NCBI GenBank assembly: GCA_017618275.1
Contig: JAFZUS010000111.1
Location: forward strand, 39,573 to 103,572
Origin: Prevotella sp.
Lineage (GTDB): Bacteria > Bacteroidota > Bacteroidia > Bacteroidales > Bacteroidaceae
Direction of reading: 5' to 3'
Length of the DNA: 64,000 bases
The translations under genes and the position numbers were made by a program. Below the pieces are notes generated by a model. The model searched no databases and had not been told where the DNA came from. It worked only from the letters and a program-made list of their open reading frames with translations. Below, piece by piece: positions 36,201 through 43,802 of the stretch. The first letter of the stretch is position 1; each line of letters begins with the position of its first letter.

Positions 36201-39200
36201 TGCCAACCTGACGTACTCTATCAATAGTACAGTACCCACGAAAGGCAATGACTGGGAGCATTTAGTGCTGCGTGTCACCTCTTCTGAGGGTGCCAACCTG
36301 GACATCTTGCTATACTATTATGCCCGTATGGGTGTAGGCAATCTGGTGGTTGAGTCACAGACTCTAACGACAACGATGCTGAAGGAGAAAGGCCGTGACT
36401 ATAGTTTCACGTTGACCAATACAGGTAAGGGTAACACGGGTGCCATCACGCTGGACCTGCCGGGTTGGATGAGTAGTCTGACCGGCAAGACGATGGCAGG
36501 CCTGAATCAGAACGATACAGCCACTGTGGTACTGCGCTTCATGCCTACGAGTGACATGCAGTTGAATGTTCCTGTCACCGGACGGATAGGCATCAACTGT
36601 GAGAACGGTAACGGTACCTTCATCAACTTCACCGTCACCCCAGTGTCGGAGGCTACTGGAACGCTTGTGGTCGATGTGACCGATGAATATACCTATTATA
36701 CAGATGAGGCACCCCATGTGGCCGGGGCGCAGGTGGTTGTCCGCAATCCTGTTACTGGTGCATTGGTGACCCAGGGCCTGAGCGATGCCAAGGGACTGTT
36801 CACCATTGAGAATTTGCCTGAGGGCTATTATCAGATCAATGTGTCTGCTGATAAGCATGATTCCTACACCAACACCGTCCTGGTTGACCCAGGCGTCACC
36901 ACCACCAAGGTGGTCACATTGAGTTATCAGGCCATCAGCGTCAGTTGGGATGTTGTGGAAACAGAAGTGGAGGATGAATATGAGATCGTGACGACGGTGA
37001 AGTATGAGACCAATGTGCCTGCACCGGTGATAGAGATCATTGCGCCCGACAAGATCGATGCAGAGAGTTTGGGTGTCGGTGAGAGTCTCGTATATTATGT
37101 CGTATTGACGAACAAGGGATTGATTACTGGACAGGAAACCCAATTCTATGTGCCGGAGATGGTAGATGATTTCAAGTTTGAGCCGATGTTAGACGTGACA
37201 GGTATGGACTTGGCACCACAACAGAGCATAACCATCCCGGTGAAGGTGACGCGTGTGTCTCCTTCTGAGGCCAGGGCGCGTAAGGCTGGCAGTTCCGCTG
37301 GAGATGGCTGTACGTATAAAAATCGTGTTGAATGTACCTATGTCTGCGGTAATGACGGCAAACCGAAGAAGGTTTCCGAGAAGACTGTGCAGTTCAAGTC
37401 GTGCAGAGGGAAAATCTATCAGATTTACGATGACTATACTTTTGATGGCTTAGGTGCACCTAATGGTGGCGGCTGGTACACGGTGTATGGTCAGGAGTCG
37501 AACAACAACCGCGTCGCTCCCAATTCTGACTGTAGAGAGTGTGGCAACAAGATCATGAAGTGGGCAACGGATTGTGCCATGTCGTTTGTTCCTTTCGGTG
37601 GTGGCTGTTCATATGGATTAGCCACAGGCACAGGAAAGATTATGGCGGAACAGGCAGATGCATTTGACTACCTCTCATTAATAGCAACAGGAGCGCGCTG
37701 TGGTGTGGAAGGCTTTGCTGTCATCACCTCTACCATCGGAATTGGTGTGGCTGCGCTCCCCATATATGCACTCGTTGGTGCGGGCTTGAGTGGGTTGAGT
37801 TGTTTGCTTACGTTCGAAGGAAGATGCGCAATGAACCTGGCAGCCAAAGGTTTAGGTTTTGGTGCTGCCAAGGATGCTGCGAAGAACGGGTCAGGAGTCA
37901 GAAGACAAAACTCTGGAATCAGAAAGGCTTCGGATGATTCTGAGGAACCGTCGTATGTGACGCGCTTTGCCGAGGCTGCGAGGATTCAACTGAAAGGCCA
38001 GGTAGGTTTTTATGGTTACATGGTTGAGGTGCTCGGCGACTCATTGTGGCTCTATGATTCCTCTTTTAAGGAGATGTACGAACTGTTGCAGGCTGCAGAG
38101 GCTCAGAAGAGCAATTGGACACTGGAGGCATTGAAGCCTTATCAGCCTGAGGGTATTAGCGACGAGTTGATGACACGTTTCGTAGAGCGTCTGAACAATA
38201 CCAATGACTATCTGAAGAACGGTACTCCGCATGAGAACATCATCCAGCGCTCGGAGTTGGTGGATATGTTGGATCTGATAGCCGAGGCTGAGATGGAGGC
38301 TCGCGAATTAGGCTATGCCTCGATAGAGGATATGTGGGCTACGGAGACAGAGGTGTTCCAGCGGGAGAATGAGAAGGGCAGCAATTCTGTCTGCTCCACT
38401 ATCTCGCTACAGATTTCGCAGACCATGACAATGACGCGTCAGGCTTTCCGTGGTACGCTGACTGTGTATAATGGAAACCAGAACATGGCTATGAAGGATG
38501 TGAAACTGAGGTTGAACGTCACGAATATGGAAACAGGTCTCATTGCCACGTCCAAGGAGTTTGAGATGCATACGGAGAGTCTGAATGTCTTTGAGGGTGA
38601 CCTTGACATGGAGAGCGGATGGACACTTGCTGCCGATGCTACGGGTACAGCAACCATCTTGTTTATTCCATCGAAGTTCGCTGCGCCGACAACACCAGTG
38701 GAGTACTCGTTTGGCGGTACACTCTCATATACCGATCCTTATTCGGGTTTGGAGGTGACCCGAGAGTTGTATCCCGTGACACTGACGGTGAAGCCATCGC
38801 CAGAACTTGACTTGACCTACTTTATGCAGCGTGACATTTATGGTGATGATGCTCTGACAGAGACTGTAGAGCCGATGGTACCAGCGGAGTTTGCCGTCGT
38901 CATGAACAACAAGGGCTATGGCGATGCTACCAATGTCAAGATGGTGACTAAGCAGCCGGAAATCATTGAGAACGAGAAGGGACTCTATATCGACTTTGAG
39001 TTCATCTCGTCGCAACTGAACGGACAAGAGAAGACACTGGCTATGGGCGAGACCATCCCAACTGAGTTTGGAACCATTCCAGCCCATTCGCAGGCTTATG
39101 CTCAGTGGTGGCTGCAGAGTTCATTACTGGGTCATTTCGTTGATTATGATATCAAGGCCACTCATGTTTCCAGTTATGGTAATGAGAATCTCTCGCTACT

Positions 39201-41301
39201 CGACCAGGTGACCATCCATGAGTTGATTCATGGCTTTACACCTCCCGTCACCCAATCGTCATCCATCACTCCGCGTGCTTTCTTGGTGAACGATGTGACG
39301 GATGCTCAGGATTTGCCTGATCAGGTGTATTTTACAGATGCGACCCAAGAGGAGGTATTCATTGCTGTTGATGCTGTGGCCACCAAGCAGAGCGATACCG
39401 AGTATCTGTTGACTGTCACGCCGTCATCAACAGGCTGGAACTACGGGTATCTGCTTGACCCGACGGCGGGTAGGCAGAAACTTATCAAGGTGGTACGGCA
39501 AAGTGACCAGAAGGAGATTCCTCTGGATAACATCTGGCAGACGGATCGTATATTGAATGATGGAAAAGACTGGGATTATGTGAAACGCCTGCACTTCGTG
39601 GGTAATATGCCTATCGAAGGAGAGTCCTTCCTGTTGACCTTTGAACCGAGACCCGAAGTGGAACTTGTTGTGGAGAGTATCACCGGCGTTCCTGCGGAAG
39701 GTGTGCTTCAACAGACACCGTTGACCGAAGTGACGGTGAGGTTCAATAAGGCTGTCAAGGCCAAGACATTCACAACGGATGATGTGACGCTGGCATGTCA
39801 GGGAGTGAAACTCGACGTTTCTAAGATTGCCATTACGAAAAAGAGCGATAAGGTGTTCAAACTTGGCCTGACAGAGTTGACTTCAGGGAACGGCTATTAT
39901 GTGTTGACCATACAGACAGCCGGTATCACCGATACGGAAGGCTTTAACGGGGCTGTTGGCAAACAAGCCTCGTGGGTACAGTATTCTGACGGGAAGGTGA
40001 ACCTTGAGATCAAGGCCGATCCTGCTGATGGCGGTAAGGTCACCCCGGCCTCTGGACGGTATGACTATAACCAACCTATCAAGTTGACTGCCAAGCCAGC
40101 CAAGGGATATGATTTCTCTCAGTGGACGGTAGGGGCAGATGCGTCTGTCTTATCCGACAAGGCTCAGTTTGACTATCGTCCGACGGGCGATGCTACCCTG
40201 ACTGCTGTCTTTACTCCTCAGTTCTATGAGGTAACACTCAACTATAATTCTAATGGCGGTACGGTTACTGGTGGCGGCTCGGGTCGCTATACCTATGGCA
40301 CGACTCTCACGTTGACAGCAACGGCCAATGACGGCTATCAGTTCGATGGTTGGAAGGTCGGTGGTGCCAAGAAGGGCTCTGATCCTGTGCTGACATGGAA
40401 GGTGAGTGGCGAGACCGTTATTGAGGCTGTTTTCACGGCGTTGGGTACGGCGACGCTGACTGGTCGCGTGACAAGTGCCGTCGATGATACGCCTGTTGCA
40501 GGTGCTGTTGTCACATTGACGCACGAAGACATCGTCTATTCTGCCACTACCGACACCTATGGCCGCTACTCGCTGAACGTGACCGACCGGTCACTCTCCT
40601 ATGCTTCGAAGTGTGAGGCAGAAGGCTATATGTGGAGTGCATCCAGTGATATCTGGTTCTCTACAGCGGGCAAGCAAACCAAGGATTTTGCGCTGTTGCG
40701 TGGAGCCACAGTCATCCTGCCGGCAGATAGTATCTGTGCCTTCTCGACACCTGTTGCGCTTGACTTCTCCAAAGTACCTACTGCGAAAGCGTTTATTGCT
40801 GCCCGCTATGAAGCCGGCAGTTTCGTTCTGGAGTGTGTGAAGAAGGTTCCTGCCGGAGAGGGTCTGGTGCTGAAGGGTTCTGCCAATACCCGTATAGATA
40901 TCCCAGAGGCAAGTAATGTCCCTGCGGGTTCTGTTGCTGACAATATGCTTTCTGGCACAGCCTCAGAGCCTTTCACCGTGGGTGATGATGATGTCTATGT
41001 GTTGAAGGAAGTCGAGAGTCAGGGGACAAACGCGAGAAGCCGTGCACCGGAAACTGGAAGTCCTGTATTCGTACGGGTTGCCAAGGGTGTCGTAGTGCCG
41101 AAGAACAAGGCATATATCCTTTATACGATAGCCAATCAGCCTGACATCGTACCTATCATCTGGGATGAGGCCACGTTGATCAGGACGTTGACTATAGACG
41201 AGAATGGTGAGGAGAAACATTATGACCTCAATGGCCGTCGTATTTATCGGGTTGCCAAGGGAGTGCATATAGTCAATGGTAAGAAAATGGTGGTGAAATA
41301 G
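33223..41301 (+). CDS. Giant (2692 aa) multidomain surface protein: cohesin-like, CARDB-like, Calx-beta-like, carboxypeptidase-regulatory-like and Listeria-Bacteroides-repeat-like modules, with a T9SS C-terminal domain
   Basis: Signal peptide. Cohesin-like GKVVNVPIAMNNTSDITGVQFEISVPYEL. CARDB-like PDLTPVDVSFKPSPVGPGQKFTVRWKVKNVG. Calx-beta-like ends LVIEDDEYPAL, VILNDNDMPVL, LTVLDNDGAAL. VVVRNPVTGALV..GLFTIENLPEGYYQINV. GYDFSQWTV / GYQFDGWKV. C-terminal domain HYDLNGRRIYRVAKGVHIVNGKKMVVK. Confidence 0.85.
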   Translation: MKYLRFSLLAAMTLFWSTLLSAQTNVLSIDTVTTPSGKVVNVPIAMNNTSDITGVQFEISVPYELAKDDLGNVAVNLSPSRLSGYTVESIHLGKESKKYYPNGVEADAAWMEYQKYRIILYSNRNELVVDDRGTLLSLQLTTPVGMNNGAVLPVYLSEVVLSDDKKNSVAVTSTDGAIVIEEIPRPDLTPVDVSFKPSPVGPGQKFTVRWKVKNVGLAATEDGWSEQVMLKTVSGNQSRLISTLHYDQKLGVGSEVSRETDITLPALLGVDGICKVEVEVVPNEKTGEHPTCLDNNTAQSTDNVEVSRQLYLELSKTRLTEGGNQRITAKLSRSGRWNNLRVFDITSTKDSRVSIPKTVTMPAGQSGVVFYIDVTNNDKVDADSIISISVKSEEYEAVTARLVIEDDEYPALGVTASQSVLTEGDTFTLTITTPRVSKEPITVKITSEDNKRFQFNSTAEIPAGETSVTVPVTCVDDDVPNLQQSNRFTVSSQRFNPGEVIVILNDNDMPVLMLTLTPDKVSESAGPTAVAAVLTRTGKIDNKITIRLSDDSNGGLYYSNRTVEMAKGVENIYFNLGPVDNVKQDGDRTYTLTAGIWVASCSCASSGEQAGNVSAKLTVLDNDGAALSVVSQNSTVKEGGKTTLTISRNNSSKKDLTVTLSSNYDEGLTYPKTVTIPAGKESVEVEVQSKANDVSGDSRTVIFTVACEGYGSGTCYVLVTDQTLPDARITSITAKEAEAVVGSSVTVSIVVANEGAVVLPAGTKVTLYQNGVNMAIGTLTTKTDIAVGASETLQRRVALPLQVGELVYYAVVNEEQLVSELVYTNNTSAELTIKAVSPFTATVQTNKQRYSQGEKVVVSGQLKGDQTANAKAQVYFLTDGVRLTEDVTTDDEGRFSLEWIPTGMMTGHFAVGACYPDDPISDGMAEFDVYGLRRANNKYITCDVTIGSPLTGVIQLVNPGSLGLSGVKAQIVSAPEGCTAELKVPATIEGGATANLTYSINSTVPTKGNDWEHLVLRVTSSEGANLDILLYYYARMGVGNLVVESQTLTTTMLKEKGRDYSFTLTNTGKGNTGAITLDLPGWMSSLTGKTMAGLNQNDTATVVLRFMPTSDMQLNVPVTGRIGINCENGNGTFINFTVTPVSEATGTLVVDVTDEYTYYTDEAPHVAGAQVVVRNPVTGALVTQGLSDAKGLFTIENLPEGYYQINVSADKHDSYTNTVLVDPGVTTTKVVTLSYQAISVSWDVVETEVEDEYEIVTTVKYETNVPAPVIEIIAPDKIDAESLGVGESLVYYVVLTNKGLITGQETQFYVPEMVDDFKFEPMLDVTGMDLAPQQSITIPVKVTRVSPSEARARKAGSSAGDGCTYKNRVECTYVCGNDGKPKKVSEKTVQFKSCRGKIYQIYDDYTFDGLGAPNGGGWYTVYGQESNNNRVAPNSDCRECGNKIMKWATDCAMSFVPFGGGCSYGLATGTGKIMAEQADAFDYLSLIATGARCGVEGFAVITSTIGIGVAALPIYALVGAGLSGLSCLLTFEGRCAMNLAAKGLGFGAAKDAAKNGSGVRRQNSGIRKASDDSEEPSYVTRFAEAARIQLKGQVGFYGYMVEVLGDSLWLYDSSFKEMYELLQAAEAQKSNWTLEALKPYQPEGISDELMTRFVERLNNTNDYLKNGTPHENIIQRSELVDMLDLIAEAEMEARELGYASIEDMWATETEVFQRENEKGSNSVCSTISLQISQTMTMTRQAFRGTLTVYNGNQNMAMKDVKLRLNVTNMETGLIATSKEFEMHTESLNVFEGDLDMESGWTLAADATGTATILFIPSKFAAPTTPVEYSFGGTLSYTDPYSGLEVTRELYPVTLTVKPSPELDLTYFMQRDIYGDDALTETVEPMVPAEFAVVMNNKGYGDATNVKMVTKQPEIIENEKGLYIDFEFISSQLNGQEKTLAMGETIPTEFGTIPAHSQAYAQWWLQSSLLGHFVDYDIKATHVSSYGNENLSLLDQVTIHELIHGFTPPVTQSSSITPRAFLVNDVTDAQDLPDQVYFTDATQEEVFIAVDAVATKQSDTEYLLTVTPSSTGWNYGYLLDPTAGRQKLIKVVRQSDQKEIPLDNIWQTDRILNDGKDWDYVKRLHFVGNMPIEGESFLLTFEPRPEVELVVESITGVPAEGVLQQTPLTEVTVRFNKAVKAKTFTTDDVTLACQGVKLDVSKIAITKKSDKVFKLGLTELTSGNGYYVLTIQTAGITDTEGFNGAVGKQASWVQYSDGKVNLEIKADPADGGKVTPASGRYDYNQPIKLTAKPAKGYDFSQWTVGADASVLSDKAQFDYRPTGDATLTAVFTPQFYEVTLNYNSNGGTVTGGGSGRYTYGTTLTLTATANDGYQFDGWKVGGAKKGSDPVLTWKVSGETVIEAVFTALGTATLTGRVTSAVDDTPVAGAVVTLTHEDIVYSATTDTYGRYSLNVTDRSLSYASKCEAEGYMWSASSDIWFSTAGKQTKDFALLRGATVILPADSICAFSTPVALDFSKVPTAKAFIAARYEAGSFVLECVKKVPAGEGLVLKGSANTRIDIPEASNVPAGSVADNMLSGTASEPFTVGDDDVYVLKEVESQGTNARSRAPETGSPVFVRVAKGVVVPKNKAYILYTIANQPDIVPIIWDEATLIRTLTIDENGEEKHYDLNGRRIYRVAKGVHIVNGKKMVVK

Positions 41302-41353
41302 AGTCATGATGTAAAAAAAGAACGATTTCTTTTGCATTTCGCCCGTTTATTTG

Positions 41354-41361
41354 TAACTTTG
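41354..41361 (+). promoter_or_regulatory. -7 promoter box (TAACTTTG)
   Basis: 20 nt upstream of the cysS ATG at 41381. Confidence 0.5.
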
Positions 41362-41380
41362 TCGCCCAAATGTTGAGATT

Positions 41381-42893
41381 ATGGAATCAAAGTTAGTAAT
41401 TTACAATACGTTGACGCGGCAGAAAGAGCGTTTCGAGCCGTTACACGCACCCAATGTGGGTATGTATGTCTGCGGACCCACGGTCTATGGCGATCCCCAT
41501 CTGGGACACGCCCGTCCTGCCATCACCTTCGACCTGGTGTTCCGCTATCTGAAGCACCTGGGTTATAAGGTTCGTTATGTGCGTAACATCACCGATGTGG
41601 GGCATCTGGAGCATGATGCCGACGAGGGTGAGGATAAGATTGCCAAGAAGGCCCGACTGGAGCAGTTGGAGCCGATGGAGATTGCGCAGTACTACACCAA
41701 CCGCTACCATCAGGCGATGGATGCACTGAATGTGCTGCGTCCTTCTATCGAGCCGCATGCCACTGGTCATATCATCGAACAGCAGCAGTTGGTGCAACAG
41801 ATTCTCGACAATGGCTTTGCCTACGAAAGTAATGGCTCAATCTACTTCGACATCGAAGCCTACAACAAAAAGTATAAGTATGGTATTCTTTCTGGTCGTT
41901 CGCTGGAGAATATCAAGGACGAGAGCCGTGAGTTGGCGGGTGTAGGCGAGAAACGCAATCAGGCCGACTTCGCCTTGTGGAAGAAGGCACAGCCTGAGCA
42001 CATCATGCGCTGGCCATCGCCTTGGAGCGACGGTTTCCCCGGCTGGCACTGTGAGTGCACCGCTATGGGACGCAAATACTTAGGCGAGGAGTTCGATATC
42101 CATGGTGGCGGCATGGACCTCATCTTCCCCCACCACGAGTGTGAGATAGCACAGGCTCAGGCATCGATGGGTCATCCTGCCGTGAAATACTGGATGCACA
42201 ACAATATGTTAACCATCAACGGCCAGAAAATGGGCAAGTCGTATAACAACTTCATCACGCTGGAGCAGTTCTTTACGGGCAATCATCCGTTGCTCGAGAA
42301 GGCCTACTCACCCATGACCATCCGTTTCTTCGTGCTCTCAGCCCACTATCGTGGCACTGTCGATTTTTCGAACGAGGCTTTGGAGGCTGCTGAGAAAGGT
42401 CTGGAGAAACTGATGAATGCCATTAGTGACCTCGAGCGCCTGTCGAGTGCGTCGTCGGGTCATGACGACAAACAGCAGTGTGACGCCGAGACCGAGAAGG
42501 TCGTAAAGACCCTTCGCCAGCGTTGCTACGATGCCATGAACGACGACTTCGCTACACCACAGGTGATCAGTTATCTCTTCGAGGCTTGTACCACCATTAA
42601 CAAACTTGTTGACCACAAGGCCACAATCTGTGCGGATTGCCTGAAAGAACTGAAGGAGGTGATGCATCTCTTCGCTTTCGACATCCTCGGTTTGTCAATG
42701 CACAATGCACAATGGGGGCAATGCCCGTGAGGAGGCTTTTGGAAAGGTGGTGGATATGGTGCTTGAGTTGCGTGCCAAGGCCAAGGCTGACAAGGATTGG
42801 GCTACCAGCGATAAGATCCGTGACGAACTGGCTGCTGCCGGTTTCGAGGTCAAGGACACCAAAGACGGCGTCACCTGGAAACTCTTGAAGTGA
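41381..42893 (+). pseudogene. cysS: Cysteine--tRNA ligase with its frame interrupted by a 7-bp tandem duplication near the 3' end (or a sequencing/assembly error)
   Basis: HIGH-type motif (PHLGHARP) and KMSKS-type motif (KMGKS). The first frame stops at 42730. The expected C-terminal part ([49 protein letters not shown]) continues in the +1 frame to 42893. Confidence 0.85.
42697..42714 (+). repeat. 7-bp tandem duplication aatgcac-aatgcac-aatg at the cysS frame break
   Basis: Removing one 7-bp unit joins ...DILGLSMHN to [13 protein letters not shown]... in one frame, giving a ~501-aa CysS. Confidence 0.9.
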
Positions 42894-42958
42894 GAAGGTG
42901 AGAAGGTGAGAAAGTGAGAAGGTGAGAAAGTGAGAAGGTGAGAAGGTGAGATAGTGAG
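42890..42958 (+). repeat. 8-nt tandem repeat (GTGAGAAR) x ~8.6, beginning at the cysS stop codon
   Basis: gtgagaag gtgagaag gtgagaaa gtgagaag gtgagaaa gtgagaag gtgagaag gtgagata gtgag. The cysS TGA (42891-42893) lies inside unit 1. Confidence 0.95.
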
Positions 42959-42983
42959 CCTACGGGAGACCGTAGGCTTTTTT
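42958..42983 (+). terminator. Rho-independent terminator for cysS, overlapping the 3' end of the convergent peptidase gene
   Basis: gcctacgg-gaga-ccgtaggc followed by a T6 run. Confidence 0.8.
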
Positions 42984-43727
42984 GGTCATCTCAACGGCGA
43001 CGGTGTGCTTCTTGAAATCGTCGAACGAGATGTATTCCAGTCCCTTGTATGGACGGTCGGTACCCCACGAGTTTTTCATGATGAAATACTTTTCCCCTTC
43101 ATCATCGTGGGCGATGCCAACGATGGCCATGCTGTGGCTCTTGTCCTCCCAGCATACCCCGTGGTGCTGGCGTACGGCGTGTTCTGTCTTTGCAAACAAC
43201 GAGTCGATGGGGATGTTCAGGTAACGGTCGTGCAACCAGTTGTCGGGCGTATCCAGTTCTGATACCTCATCATAGGGTTTGTCATCGTCACACATCAGTT
43301 GCAGATATTCCCCAGGTGCACAGACGCTGCGGGCAAACTCCTGTGGTGTGTATTCTGCTCCCAGCATAAACACGAATCTGGGGGCAGGGGTGTCTACCGA
43401 GCGCATGGCATCATAGCCTACAATACCGTATTTTTCCATCAGTCGGAGCAGGGTGGCAGCCTCGCCCCGTTTGCTCTTGGGTGCCTCAGGCTCCTGCTCC
43501 ATCATCTTCTCTATATAATAAGGTGAGAGGTTCACGGAGTCGCCCCAAGCCAAATGCTCTGTCTCAATGGTGGCAAGCATGGCGTAGATCCAGCATGTCT
43601 CACTGTCGCCCTGGTCCTTGATGGGTGTCATGCGGTTTAATATCTCGTTGGTATAGTGCTTGGGCTCCTGTTTGGTACAGCCAGTCAGCAGCGCAAGAAT
43701 AATCATCAGATAGGCAATTCTTTTCAT
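42960..43727 (-). CDS. Papain-like (C1 family) cysteine peptidase lipoprotein
   Basis: Lipoprotein signal MKRIAYLMIILALLTGC. Catalytic Cys context QGDSETCWIYA, His context HSMAIVG, and NSWG. Only the last 255 codons of the 668-aa ORF-track entry are credible. Confidence 0.8.
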   Translation of the reverse strand: MKRIAYLMIILALLTGCTKQEPKHYTNEILNRMTPIKDQGDSETCWIYAMLATIETEHLAWGDSVNLSPYYIEKMMEQEPEAPKSKRGEAATLLRLMEKYGIVGYDAMRSVDTPAPRFVFMLGAEYTPQEFARSVCAPGEYLQLMCDDDKPYDEVSELDTPDNWLHDRYLNIPIDSLFAKTEHAVRQHHGVCWEDKSHSMAIVGIAHDDEGEKYFIMKNSWGTDRPYKGLEYISFDDFKKHTVAVEMTKKAYGLP

Positions 43728-43736
43728 TTTCAGATG

Positions 43737-43744
43737 CAAAAGTA
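43737..43744 (-). promoter_or_regulatory. -7 promoter box (TACTTTTG on the minus strand)
   Basis: caaaagta on the plus strand, 10 nt upstream of the start at 43727. Confidence 0.45.
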
Positions 43745-43750
43745 ATAAAT

Positions 43751-43778
43751 AATCTCCGATAATCTGTGTAATCTGTGG
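43751..43778 (+). promoter_or_regulatory. Triple AATCTGTG-like motif (spacing 10 and 9 nt) just upstream of the U32 promoter box
   Basis: aatctccg at 43751, aatctgtg at 43761, aatctgtg at 43770. The same arrangement recurs at 53945-53971. Confidence 0.5.
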
Positions 43779-43787
43779 CTTTTTTTG

Positions 43788-43795
43788 TAATTTTG
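43788..43795 (+). promoter_or_regulatory. -7 promoter box (TAATTTTG); implies a very short leader
   Basis: Ends 8 nt before the ATG at 43803. Confidence 0.45.
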
Positions 43796-43802
43796 CGGCC
43801 AG

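Noticed and set aside
36364-37143. 259-aa minus-strand ORF, plus many other 60-180-aa ORFs inside the 28-41 kb genes
   Set aside because: All lie inside the two giant plus-strand surface-protein genes, whose domain repeats read through continuously. They are typical GC-rich antisense open frames.
42890-42958. Tandem repeat arrays as possible CRISPR loci
   Set aside because: The units are only 7-8 nt and directly abutting, with no spacers. No cas genes are in the window.
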